Below, piece by piece: positions 1-9,784 of a stretch of 64,000 nt of DNA (position 1 is the stretch's first letter; every line of letters begins with the position of its first letter). Below the pieces are notes generated by a model. That model made no database searches, was not told the DNA's origin, and saw only the letters and a program-made list of their open reading frames with translations. The position numbers and the translations under genes are program-made. This stretch comes from Bacteroidales bacterium (GTDB lineage: Bacteria > Bacteroidota > Bacteroidia > Bacteroidales > WRLA01): the NCBI GenBank assembly GCA_963676725.1, contig OY781463.1, forward strand, positions 205,421-269,420. Direction: 5' to 3'.

Positions 1-1166
1 AAGACAGAATAGTTCAAATTGATATACTCAGAGGTTTTGCCCTTTTTGGGGTTTTGTTCGTAAATGTCTTTGGCTATAATTCTTCATTTTTCGATTTTGG
101 AGGGTTTAATGGAGGTTTTACTGATTCCCTGAACAGCGGGGTCTATCATTTTATGATTAATTATGCCGCCGACAAATTTATTGGCCTGTTTTCTTTTCTT
201 TTTGGGATTGGTTTTGCAATCATGTATTTGAAATATAAAAGCGATGAACAGCGTTTTTTTCGTTTGTACGCACGTCGTTTGCTTATTCTGATGCTCATTG
301 GAATTGTTCATATCATTTTTTTCTGGGCAGGTGATATTTTGCTTATTTATGGTCTTCTTGGAATGCTTTTGCTATTGGTCAGAAAATTACCTTCTTCATT
401 ATTGTTGATTATCAGTGTGTTTCTGTATATTTTTCCTGTTGTTTATATTGCTTTATATGTTGTATTCCCTTTTCTTCCCGATGCCTTGAGTTCCGCAAGT
501 GATATCACAATGGCACAGGTCATAGAGATTTATTCGAAAGGTTCAATTTCTGAGGTTTTTACGCTTCGGTTGAGCGAGTATTTTGCCATGAGAAACCTCA
601 ATATTCTCTACTATATGCCAAAAATTTTATCCCTCTTTATTCTTGGCTTTTTGTTTTATAAGCATGAGGTTTTAAGGAAAATCAATCAATCCAAAGTCAA
701 GTATTTTATTTGGGGAATAATTTTGCTCTGCAGCGGAATCCTGATCAATATTTTTACTGTAGATTTGGTGAATAGTATTACTGGAGGCCTACCAAATCCA
801 TATGATAGTGCTTTATATACGGCTGTATTTGAATTCGTCAATGTCATCTTATCAATGTCTTATCTGTTCATTATTCTCTTTTTGTCTTCAAATTCGGTCT
901 TTCAGAAAATCCTGAATCCGCTTCAATATGCCGGACGCATGAGTCTTACAAATTATCTGGCCGATTCTGTCGTTTTTTCAATACTCATGTATTCCTATGG
1001 TTTTGGCCGTTTTGGTAGTTTTGAGCTTTGGCAGCTTATAATTTTTGCCATAGTATTCTTTGCTATTCAAATCATGATCAGTAAAATTATATTACAGCAT
1101 TTTCGCTATGGGCCGATGGAGTGGCTTTGGAGAAAAGGGACTTATGCGGGAAAATGGAATGGATAA
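1..1166 (+). CDS. DUF418/YeiB-like polytopic membrane protein (5' end cut by window edge)
   Basis: The frame is open from nt 3 (DRIVQIDILRGFALFGVLFVNV, the N-terminal DxLRGxA-type motif of this family). There are many hydrophobic helices and a C-terminal GPMEWLWRKGTY motif. The TTG at 54 in the ORF track is probably internal. Confidence 0.75.
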   Translation, partial: DRIVQIDILRGFALFGVLFVNVFGYNSSFFDFGGFNGGFTDSLNSGVYHFMINYAADKFIGLFSFLFGIGFAIMYLKYKSDEQRFFRLYARRLLILMLIGIVHIIFFWAGDILLIYGLLGMLLLLVRKLPSSLLLIISVFLYIFPVVYIALYVVFPFLPDALSSASDITMAQVIEIYSKGSISEVFTLRLSEYFAMRNLNILYYMPKILSLFILGFLFYKHEVLRKINQSKVKYFIWGIILLCSGILINIFTVDLVNSITGGLPNPYDSALYTAVFEFVNVILSMSYLFIILFLSSNSVFQKILNPLQYAGRMSLTNYLADSVVFSILMYSYGFGRFGSFELWQLIIFAIVFFAIQIMISKIILQHFRYGPMEWLWRKGTYAGKWNG

Positions 1167-1191
1167 TGTGTTTTATTGTTAAAATAATATT

Positions 1192-2175
1192 ATGTGGTTC
1201 AAGAAATTAACCGGGTTTCAGGAAGAGTCTCCTGAGCAGCTGCGTACGAATATTTTTATTGAAGGAGAGTTGATGCATTCAAGAGTCAATAACAAATCAT
1301 TTCGCTTTGGTCGTTTGGATATTCCAACATTGGAAGAATTAAGAAAAAGGAATACAGAAAAGAATTCTACAAATGGCAATTTGATTCTGTCTGAGACTGT
1401 TGGCGATGTACTTTTGCTCCATCTTGAACCGGAGAACAAGCATGCACTTTTTCAGGCTGCTTCTCAGTTCAATTTACTGGAGATGGTTGGGCCGCATATA
1501 ACTCCAGAGCAAGGAATTGATATTTACGAACAGGATTTTACACAGGGTCCGGCCTGTGCAATAGCATGTGGTGCAGCTACTATTTACCGGAATTATTTTG
1601 TGCCCATTCAAGGGAAGTTGGGGCAGGATAGAGACCGGCAGATTGATTGTTTGGAATTATTGGGCAGGGAATTATGGAAAGAAGGTCTACCGTTATGGGA
1701 AATGAGAAATGGCTACGCTTTGCCCGATAAAAGGAATTTGCAAATCATCAATAACAAGCTTCTTAGGATGACAGAGCAGGAAAGGGAGTATTTAAAAGGC
1801 AAGCTCAGAATTGGGCTTCAATGGGATACAGAAGTTACTTTAGAAGATACCGGGCAAATTGTTTCACAGGCCTACTGTTCTGCTTTGCCTGTTGCCTATT
1901 CGGGGATTGATGCCAATCTGTGGGAGCCTTTTGCTCGACTTATATTGGAGGCTTCCTACGAAGCTACACTACATGCAGCCTCTATAAATCTCAGGAAAAG
2001 CAATATTGTCTACCTGACTCTTGTTGGTGGTGGAGCCTTTGGAAATGATCTTCAGTGGATTATGGAATCTATGGTGCATGCTCTAAATAAATTTAAGCAT
2101 ACACCTTTAGATGTTCGTATTGTGAGTTTTGGTCTTTCAAATCCAAAAATTCAGGATTTGTTGGCTTCTTTCTAG
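1192..2175 (+). CDS. Conserved hypothetical protein (327 aa), function unknown
   Basis: Clean ORF with an ATG 25 nt after the previous stop and no hydrophobic segments. Motifs FQAASQFNLLE, TQGPACAIACGAATIYRNYF and LVGGGAFGN look like nucleotide/phosphate-binding loops, but I cannot name the family. Confidence 0.6.
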   Translation: MWFKKLTGFQEESPEQLRTNIFIEGELMHSRVNNKSFRFGRLDIPTLEELRKRNTEKNSTNGNLILSETVGDVLLLHLEPENKHALFQAASQFNLLEMVGPHITPEQGIDIYEQDFTQGPACAIACGAATIYRNYFVPIQGKLGQDRDRQIDCLELLGRELWKEGLPLWEMRNGYALPDKRNLQIINNKLLRMTEQEREYLKGKLRIGLQWDTEVTLEDTGQIVSQAYCSALPVAYSGIDANLWEPFARLILEASYEATLHAASINLRKSNIVYLTLVGGGAFGNDLQWIMESMVHALNKFKHTPLDVRIVSFGLSNPKIQDLLASF

Positions 2176-2320
2176 AAGGCCATATTTGGGTCAAAAATAT
2201 TTGTGCATTCTCGACGTAAATATTGTCTATGCATTAGAATTTCTCAGTCTAAGTGCTCAATGGAAAACCTCATAATTTAAATTAGCGCCCCAACTAATTC
2301 CCATACTCATATTCCACCAT

Positions 2321-2362
2321 AAAAAAAGCCCGTACTCCTTCATCGGAATGCGGGCTTTTTAA
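2321..2362. terminator. Bidirectional rho-independent terminator between convergent genes
   Basis: A-run, then stem AGCCCG(2327-2332)/CGGGCT(2351-2356) with inner TCC/GGA pairing, then T-run 2357-2361. It lies between the stop at 2175 (+) and the stop at 2377 (-). Confidence 0.6.
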
Positions 2363-2376
2363 TATTGCTTCAGCGC

Positions 2377-5037
2377 CTATTTCATACTAGCTATTTGTTC
2401 TTCCAATATTCTGATTCTCTCAATGGCATCGGCTTGTTTTTTGCGTTCCATTTCCACTACTTTTTCTGGGGCATTGTTCACAAAACGTTCGTTGCTGAGC
2501 TTTTTTTCCACCGATTTTATAAATCCTCGGGTGTATTTCAGCTCTTCATTGAGTTTTTCAAGTTCAGCAGCAAGATCAACTTTATCGCCTAATGGCACGA
2601 AAAATTCCGTAGCACCAACAACAAAAGTTCCGGCAGCAGCAGGTTTTTCGTCTGTATAGCGGAGCTCCTCAATATTGCAAAGCTTTATCAGCATATCGTC
2701 AAAATAGGTGTCGGCAGTTTCGTTTTGGTTTTTTCGGATATGCAGCTCAATGGGTTCTTTATTGGCGATATTTTTTTGTGCCCTGATATTCCGCACGCCA
2801 ATAATCACCTCACGAACTACTTCGAAATTGTCGAGAAGTGCTTTGTTTATGTCATTGGCTTTTGGCATTTCTGCAATCATAATACTTTCGTCATCATTGC
2901 GCTCGGCAAGCAAATGCCAGATTTCTTCGGTAATAAACGGCATAAACGGATGAAGTACTTTCATCAATTTTTCAAAGAAAACAATGGTATGCTTGAGGGT
3001 TTCCGGATCGATACCGCTTCCGTAGGGAGGTTTAATCATCTCTAAATACCAAGAGCAAAATTCATCCCAAATGAGTTTATAAACACCCATTAATGCATCG
3101 CTCATGCGGTATTTTTCGTATTGGCCTTCGATGTCACTGATGGATTGATCGAGTTTGTTTCCGAACCATTCTACTGCAGATTTTGCATATTGTGGCATTT
3201 CTGCATCTTCTTCAATCTTCCAGCCTTTTACCAGCCTAAGGGCATTCCAGATTTTATTGCTGAAATTCCGTCCTTGTTCGCAAAGGCTTTCATCAAAGGG
3301 AAGGTCGTTTCCGGCAGGGGAGGTGAGGAGCATTCCAACACGCACACCATCTGCACCATATTGTTCCATTAATTTTATCGGATCGGGGCTATTGCCAAGT
3401 GATTTCGACATTTTGCGCCCCAGCTTATCGCGTACAATTCCGGTAAGGTATACGTTTTTAAATGGAATTTCTTTGCGGTATTCCAATCCCGCCATTATCA
3501 TTCGAGCCACCCAGAAAAACAGGATTTCAGGGGCTGTTACCAAATCATTGGTGGGGTAATAATAGTTTATTTCTTCATTATCAGGATGACGAATGCCATC
3601 AAAAACGCTTATGGGCCATAACCACGATGAAAACCATGTGTCGAGTACGTCATCGTCTTGTTTCAGATCCGCTTCCTGCAATTCGGGACGATTGAATTCG
3701 GTACGGGCTTTTTGCAGCGCTTCTTCAATTGATTTTGCAACCACCATATCGCCCTCGGGCAAATAATAAACCGGAATGCGCTGTCCCCACCACAATTGGC
3801 GCGAAATACACCAATCGCGCACATTTTCCATCCAATGGCGATAAATATTTTTGAATTTTGGTGGATGGAACTGCACAGTATCATTCATAACGACATCCAG
3901 CGCAGGCTTTGCCATTTCTTCCATTTTCAGGAACCATTGCATCGAAAGCTTGGGCTCAATTACGGCATCGGTACGCTCCGAAAAGCCAACCTTATTGGTA
4001 TAATCTTCTACTTTTACAAGATAGCCTTGTTCTTTCAGGTCTTTGGAAATCTCTTCACGTACATCGAAACGGTCTTTGCCAATGTACAATCCGGCTGCCT
4101 CGCTTAAAGTGCCATCATTATTGAAAATATCGATGCTTTGGAGCTTATGCTTAAAGCCAATTTCATAATCGTTGATGTCGTGGGCAGGGGTGATTTTCAG
4201 GCAGCCTGTACCAAATTCCCTATCCACATATTCATCGAGGATAATGGGAACGCTGCGGTTGATCAATGGAACAATTACTCGTTTTCCGTGCAAATTTGTA
4301 TAGCGCTCATCTTCCGGATGGATGCAAACCGCAGTATCACCCAGAATTGTTTCCGGACGGGTTGTGGCGATTGTAACCCATTCGTCTTTTGTGCCTTCCA
4401 CCTGATAGCGCAGATAATATAATTTTGATTGCAGTTCGCGGTGGATTACTTCTTCGTCGGAAAGGGCAGTAAGAGCCGAAGGGTCCCAGTTGACCATGCG
4501 TACTCCACGGTAGATTAATCCTTTTTGATAAAGATTTATAAATGTGTCAATTACTGAGTCGTAGAGTGCTTCATCCATGGTAAAGCGTGTGCGGTCCCAA
4601 TCGCAGGAAGCACCCAATTTCTTAAGTTGCTCGAGTATGATACCGCCATGTTTTTCTTTCCATTCCCAAGCGTGCTCCATAAATGCATCACGGCTAAGGT
4701 TTTTTTTGTCGATGCCGTCTTGTTTCAGCTTGTTTACTACTTTGGCTTCTGTGGCAATGGAAGCATGATCTGTACCGGGAACCCAAAGGGCATTAAATCC
4801 CATCATGCGGGCACGTCGTACTAAAATATCCTGAATTGTATTGTTGAGCATATGGCCCATATGCAGCACACCAGTTACGTTTGGTGGCGGAATAACCACT
4901 GTATAAGCCGGGCGCTCATCGGGCTGTGATTTAAAATATCCTTTCTTCATCCAGTGGGCGTACCACTTGTCCTCGGTCTGTCCGGGAGTGTATTTGGGAG
5001 CAATATCCATGTGTGCATTTTTTTTAATCGCCTGCAA
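2377..5037 (-). CDS. valS: Valine--tRNA ligase (class I aaRS)
   Basis: HIGH motif (VLHMGHMLN), KMSKS motif (RKMSKSLGN), an editing-domain-sized insertion and a C-terminal coiled coil. The true start may be the second ATG at 5010 ([17 protein letters not shown]). Confidence 0.97.
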   Translation of the reverse strand: MQAIKKNAHMDIAPKYTPGQTEDKWYAHWMKKGYFKSQPDERPAYTVVIPPPNVTGVLHMGHMLNNTIQDILVRRARMMGFNALWVPGTDHASIATEAKVVNKLKQDGIDKKNLSRDAFMEHAWEWKEKHGGIILEQLKKLGASCDWDRTRFTMDEALYDSVIDTFINLYQKGLIYRGVRMVNWDPSALTALSDEEVIHRELQSKLYYLRYQVEGTKDEWVTIATTRPETILGDTAVCIHPEDERYTNLHGKRVIVPLINRSVPIILDEYVDREFGTGCLKITPAHDINDYEIGFKHKLQSIDIFNNDGTLSEAAGLYIGKDRFDVREEISKDLKEQGYLVKVEDYTNKVGFSERTDAVIEPKLSMQWFLKMEEMAKPALDVVMNDTVQFHPPKFKNIYRHWMENVRDWCISRQLWWGQRIPVYYLPEGDMVVAKSIEEALQKARTEFNRPELQEADLKQDDDVLDTWFSSWLWPISVFDGIRHPDNEEINYYYPTNDLVTAPEILFFWVARMIMAGLEYRKEIPFKNVYLTGIVRDKLGRKMSKSLGNSPDPIKLMEQYGADGVRVGMLLTSPAGNDLPFDESLCEQGRNFSNKIWNALRLVKGWKIEEDAEMPQYAKSAVEWFGNKLDQSISDIEGQYEKYRMSDALMGVYKLIWDEFCSWYLEMIKPPYGSGIDPETLKHTIVFFEKLMKVLHPFMPFITEEIWHLLAERNDDESIMIAEMPKANDINKALLDNFEVVREVIIGVRNIRAQKNIANKEPIELHIRKNQNETADTYFDDMLIKLCNIEELRYTDEKPAAAGTFVVGATEFFVPLGDKVDLAAELEKLNEELKYTRGFIKSVEKKLSNERFVNNAPEKVVEMERKKQADAIERIRILEEQIASMK

Positions 5038-5158
5038 AAATAGAAACTTATTGGGATAAAGCCTTTAATGATGGGCTACTAAATTTTTTGTCTTGAGGGA
5101 TAGCCTGAAAAAATGCCCCACAATTTGTAAAACAGAGAAGCCTGGCATGATGGATCGC

Positions 5159-5431
5159 ACGAATTTGAGCAAATTAGAGGCGATGGGGAAGAAATAATCA
5201 CGGATCGCATGGAAATAGGTGCGAATCGCAAAGAAACTGCATCTGATCGTAAAGAAATTAAGGCGATCTGCATGGAAATGACCACGGATCGCATGGAAAT
5301 TGACGCGGATCACAAAGAAATGACCACGGATCGTAAAGAAATTGCCTCGGAGCGCTTAAATATTGCAGCGGATTGCATAGAAACGCACAGGGAACGAAAG
5401 GAAATAAGAACGGACTGCATAGAAATACCTA
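5159..5431. repeat. Tandem array of about 13 degenerate 21-nt units (consensus CGGATCGCAWRGAAATnnnnn)
   Basis: Eleven units are exactly in phase at 5201, 5222, 5243, 5264, 5285, 5306, 5327, 5348, 5369, 5390 and 5411. Two weaker units lie upstream (5159, 5180). Seven GATC sites fall between 5153 and 5332. Confidence 0.9.
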
Positions 5432-5520
5432 TTGGTTATACATTCAGTTGGAAGTTTTTATTTAACAAAAATAGTATCTTTATCCCTTTTACTTGCAGCA
5501 CTCTTAATAATCAGGTTAGT

Positions 5521-7764
5521 ATGAATTCTAAGAAACCAAAGAAAAAGCGGATACATTATTTGTATACCTCTTTTAAAATTGCTTCAGTAAAACCCGCTTA
5601 CCTCAGGGGACTTAGGGTGGCATTTTTATTGGCAGTGCCTGTCCTGTTTGGGTTTTATACCAATCAGATGTCGGTGGCATTTGCATTTATGCTGGCTTCT
5701 TTAAATGTTTCACTTATTGATATGGGTGGAAATACATACAGCAAAACGGCCCGTCTCATGCTGATCACTACGCTGCTAAATGCTATTGCTGTTGTGGTAG
5801 CACAATATGCAGGAACGTATTTGATTACGGCCGTTTTTGCTACTGCTGTATGGCTAATGGCTGTGGCGATGCTCGGTTTGCTAGGAAATGCCGGTGTTCT
5901 TATTGCATTCGTGAATTCAGCGCTTTTTGTGATGATTGTGGCAAAGCCCGATATGATGGGCGCCCCTTTAGATACATTATTTATATTTATCCTCGGTGGT
6001 TTTTGGGCGATGCTGCTTTCTCTTATAGCTTGGCCTATAAGACCTTATCAGCCTGTGCGGAAAGCTGTGGCGGCTTGTTATCAGGAAAATGCTTCTTTTT
6101 TAAGGTCTGCGGCACTTTATTATCAGGAGAAGGGAACATATTTGGTTAAACAACCGGCGATCTCAAAGCACAGCAATTTCAGGCAAAAAATAGATGCCGC
6201 CCATGCAATGCTTTCGCATCAGAGGCAGGGGCGTTACAATCGATCCGATGCAGAGGATGCATTGATTATTCTCTTACAGGGCATTGCTAGAGATCATCGC
6301 AGCATTTTGGTTCTTTTGGACTGGCTGAATAAAAGCTACCCACTTGTTAAGCCGGAGAAATCAGAGAAAATTTATGAATTTTTAATGGCTATTGCAGAAG
6401 TTTATGAAGGGATTGCTGAACTGATATTGCATTCAAAAATTCCGGCAAAGCCATTATTTGAGAAAGTTGTGAAGATTGAAAAAAATTACGTGAATTCAAA
6501 AAATGAGCTTACTGCTGAAGCAATTGAAGGAGTATCTAGAGTTTTGGAGCGAATTTTAGCGAATGTGAAAAATGAAATCAGAATAGCTGCGCAACAAAAT
6601 CCTGATTTCAGTCTTCAGAAAATTAGTTTGGAGCATGACCCTTTGATGAAGGATGAAAAAGCTGGTTTTTTTACGCTTTTGCGCGATAGCTTCAGCATTC
6701 ATTCTGCTATTTTTCGCCATGCTTTACGGATTGGTATTACATCAGCCCTTGCTGTTTTTCTTGCTGCAGCTTTCAATCTTCCCAGGGGTTATTGGATGCC
6801 TTTAACGGTTGTTGTAATTATGGCTCCGGATTTTGGGGGCGCATTTATGGTGCGAACGATTCAAAGGGGAGTTGGTACTATTCTCGGCGGTTTATTCGCA
6901 GTACTGCTTTTAATCTTTATACACCATCAGATTGTGGTTCTTGCTATGCTGCTCTTGCTGACAATCATTGCCATTTCGCTGCAACCCATTAATTATGCCT
7001 TATTTGTGTTTTTTCTAACGCCACTAATCGTTGTAATGTATAGTATCAGTGGAACGGCAGACTGGCATATCCCATTCGATCGGGTTTTAGATACTTTGGC
7101 AGGAATGCTTCTTGCCATAATTGGCAGCCATTTGCTCTTGCCCGTATGGGAGCGGCATCGTTTTCCTGCTCAATTATCTAAATTATTGGAAGCAAATGCC
7201 ATATATTTTGAGGCAATTCTTGCTGTTTTTTCAGATGCAGATATTGATCCCAAAGTACTAAGAAAGCTCAATAGAAATATGGAGCTGGCAGCATCAAATA
7301 CACGCGCATCCATTCAACGCAGCTTAAACCAACCCGGCTTAAACCAAGATCTGATTGCTCCCATGCTGCGTTTGCAAAGTGCTTCGGCTCGCTTTATGCA
7401 GTCGTCCCTTTCTCTGCATTACTATGTGGGAATGAATGCATATAAACAGGATAAAAATCAAATTATCGCTAAAGCGGGAATAATAATAATTGATCTTTTG
7501 AAAAGTATGTCCGCAACATTATTAATGCATCAAAAAAAAGATCATCAAGCAAAATCCTTGTTTCTCGATGCCTTCGAACGATTGGAAGCAAAAGCAGATG
7601 AACTGGATGTACTTCTGGCCAATATAACCGCCGAAAATCATCTGTATAAAGAGTTTCAACAACTGGCAGAACTTGAGCGCAATATGATGTTTGAGCTAAT
7701 CAATTATTTATCAATATTTGATGAAGTGCCTCTTCCTGAAACTGCATCTTATTCGCTTGCTTGA
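5521..7764 (+). CDS. FUSC/YccS-like (fusaric-acid-resistance family) integral membrane protein
   Basis: Two blocks of about 5-6 hydrophobic helices are separated by a long helical soluble linker, the typical FUSC duplicated architecture. I start at ATG 5521 (MNSKKPKKKRIHY) because the 5209-5520 extension lies entirely inside the 21-nt repeat array. Confidence 0.75.
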   Translation: MNSKKPKKKRIHYLYTSFKIASVKPAYLRGLRVAFLLAVPVLFGFYTNQMSVAFAFMLASLNVSLIDMGGNTYSKTARLMLITTLLNAIAVVVAQYAGTYLITAVFATAVWLMAVAMLGLLGNAGVLIAFVNSALFVMIVAKPDMMGAPLDTLFIFILGGFWAMLLSLIAWPIRPYQPVRKAVAACYQENASFLRSAALYYQEKGTYLVKQPAISKHSNFRQKIDAAHAMLSHQRQGRYNRSDAEDALIILLQGIARDHRSILVLLDWLNKSYPLVKPEKSEKIYEFLMAIAEVYEGIAELILHSKIPAKPLFEKVVKIEKNYVNSKNELTAEAIEGVSRVLERILANVKNEIRIAAQQNPDFSLQKISLEHDPLMKDEKAGFFTLLRDSFSIHSAIFRHALRIGITSALAVFLAAAFNLPRGYWMPLTVVVIMAPDFGGAFMVRTIQRGVGTILGGLFAVLLLIFIHHQIVVLAMLLLLTIIAISLQPINYALFVFFLTPLIVVMYSISGTADWHIPFDRVLDTLAGMLLAIIGSHLLLPVWERHRFPAQLSKLLEANAIYFEAILAVFSDADIDPKVLRKLNRNMELAASNTRASIQRSLNQPGLNQDLIAPMLRLQSASARFMQSSLSLHYYVGMNAYKQDKNQIIAKAGIIIIDLLKSMSATLLMHQKKDHQAKSLFLDAFERLEAKADELDVLLANITAENHLYKEFQQLAELERNMMFELINYLSIFDEVPLPETASYSLA

Positions 7765-9779
7765 CCTGCTGTATTGGGGTCTGTCTCTTTTTTTAACAAA
7801 ATTGGCGTATTCAGGTTCTTAACGAGTAGGTCAAAATATGATTTTATTCTTGAGTATTCATTTGTTTGATAAACAGCTTTTTTGAACGTATAGCTTATCT
7901 CAGCTTTAATTGCTTTATTGTCTGATTTATAGGAGATTTTGATTTGTGCAAGATCAGTATCGATTTCGTGGTTTTTTGGCAATGCTTGTGCTACATAGCC
8001 TTCCGGAATCAGGATGTTGCTCCTATAACTTTTGGATTCCGGAAAAATAAAATCAACAGGATAGCTGCGTTCTTCCTGTTTTAGTTTGTTTTCTTTTATC
8101 GGGAAATCCAGAAATGGTTTAATAATGATTAGATCGCCGGGCATTTCAATACTGCTTTCGCCTTTAGCAGCAACTGTATATGCCTTATTGATTTTAGATT
8201 GATTTAGTGTTTTTATTCTATTGATCATGCTTAAACCATTTTTGATAAAATAATCAGAGAGTTTTGCACTATCGCCTTCAAAGATTTTTCTATAAGCAAA
8301 TGCTTCATAATTTGTTGCATTTATAGAAATAGTCGATTTTGCCACGGCTGTTTCCGGATCGATGCTCATGTTGATGTTCGTATTCTCTAATGATGCCTCA
8401 TTAAAGCTGAGATCGACCCATTTTGTTTCCTTATCGTCAACAACAAGTCCTCTGTCATTAATACAAGCAGGCGGGTTTCTGTTGAAAGGAAGAAGGGGTT
8501 CGCATCCATCACAAAGGAAGTCTTGCTGATCATCAATATAAATGACTGTTGAATTAAAAAAATGCTCAAAAGGATAATCGAGCTTTATTTTGCCGTGCTG
8601 GCGTGTGCTGATCAATACTGCTTTGGCATCGATTCCGGCTTTTTGCAAAAGCGCACATAAAAATAGATTGATATCCGTAGAATTACCGGTTTTTTGTAGC
8701 ATGAATTCTTTGGCGGTTTTGCTCGCATATCTGGAATATTTCTCGTTCCATTTATAATGGATTTTTACATATTCTACAATGCTTTTTACATTTTGAATTG
8801 GGTCGTCTTCTTTTAGGTAAATTTTTTCTTTGAGGATTTTCGATGCATATTTTTTCGAAGATTTTATATATTTCCCAAACGATTGATGCTTAAGCATTGC
8901 CTGATTAAGATTTGGCCATGTGGTAATGATATCTCTATGCGTGCCCGATGGGTATGTGATTTTGGATAATTGAAAATCCAGCTGCATCAAATAATCTTCC
9001 TTGGAGGTAATATAGGATTCATCCAAAAATGCCGGAATGTCTTTCATAACAAAGGTGTGTATCTTTTCCTGATATTCAACACCGCTGCCGATGTTTCGTC
9101 CATGATCATAGACCACATCTCCGAAAATTTTGACATTTTTATCTGTTATAGAATTGTAATAATTGAAGTTAGTAATGCCCTTTGCAATATAGATATAAAG
9201 ATAAAATGGAACAATCGAGACCATATACTCGCTATACAATGTGGGGATTTCAGATTGAAAAGACCAGTCAGGCAGATTAAATAGAAAGGGGCTTTCCAAT
9301 ACATATTCATATTCAATAATGGAGCCTTCTTTGGCTTTGGGGAATACGAATTTTTTCAGCATCAAGCGATTATTCAGTCTTTCCGTATAAATACTGTGCT
9401 TGTCTAAGGCCTTTTTTATCAGTTTTCCATTTTCTTCATTATAGGAAAATGCTTTTATAGAAACAATTTCCTCGGACTCATCTAAATCATTAACATAATA
9501 AGGAATGCTGACTTCTGCGTACTTTAATCCGGAGCGTTTGAGTATTTTTATGCGCTTGCGATGCGTAAAACGAATATTAAAATCGTAGCCTTTCTTAGTT
9601 TCAAAAAAAACAGTTTGACCTACATCAAACAAAATTACTGCTTCCGATTCAGGTGCTTTTGCATAGGATTTCATTTCGCGCTCTTCTTTTGTAAGCTCCC
9701 CTAAAATATGTTTTTCGACTTGTGCATAGATTCCATGCATCAAGAAAAATAAGCAGAGTGAAAATAGAATATTTTTCAT
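7749..9779 (-). CDS. DUF3857 / transglutaminase-like / DUF3858-type secreted protein, catalytic residues lost
   Basis: Signal peptide (MKNILFSLCLFFLMHGIYAQ). Paralogous to the next gene, but the transglutaminase-core Cys and His positions read GNSTDINLF and FNSTVIY. Confidence 0.7.
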   Translation of the reverse strand: MKNILFSLCLFFLMHGIYAQVEKHILGELTKEEREMKSYAKAPESEAVILFDVGQTVFFETKKGYDFNIRFTHRKRIKILKRSGLKYAEVSIPYYVNDLDESEEIVSIKAFSYNEENGKLIKKALDKHSIYTERLNNRLMLKKFVFPKAKEGSIIEYEYVLESPFLFNLPDWSFQSEIPTLYSEYMVSIVPFYLYIYIAKGITNFNYYNSITDKNVKIFGDVVYDHGRNIGSGVEYQEKIHTFVMKDIPAFLDESYITSKEDYLMQLDFQLSKITYPSGTHRDIITTWPNLNQAMLKHQSFGKYIKSSKKYASKILKEKIYLKEDDPIQNVKSIVEYVKIHYKWNEKYSRYASKTAKEFMLQKTGNSTDINLFLCALLQKAGIDAKAVLISTRQHGKIKLDYPFEHFFNSTVIYIDDQQDFLCDGCEPLLPFNRNPPACINDRGLVVDDKETKWVDLSFNEASLENTNINMSIDPETAVAKSTISINATNYEAFAYRKIFEGDSAKLSDYFIKNGLSMINRIKTLNQSKINKAYTVAAKGESSIEMPGDLIIIKPFLDFPIKENKLKQEERSYPVDFIFPESKSYRSNILIPEGYVAQALPKNHEIDTDLAQIKISYKSDNKAIKAEISYTFKKAVYQTNEYSRIKSYFDLLVKNLNTPILLKKETDPNTAGQASE

Positions 9780-9784
9780 CTAAT

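Noticed and set aside
5152-5431. Chromosomal replication origin, because of GATC clustering
   Set aside because: I found no DnaA-box-like TTATCCACA motifs or AT-rich unwinding element next to the array. No dnaA or dnaN context is present.
5065-5520. ORFs 5209-5520 (N-terminal extension of the FUSC ORF), 5065-5313(-) and 5079-5294(-)
   Set aside because: All three are open only because the 21-nt (7-codon) repeat lacks stop codons in several frames. The translations are low-complexity heptads (DRKEI.., FHAIR..). A conventional start with a basic N-terminus exists at 5521.
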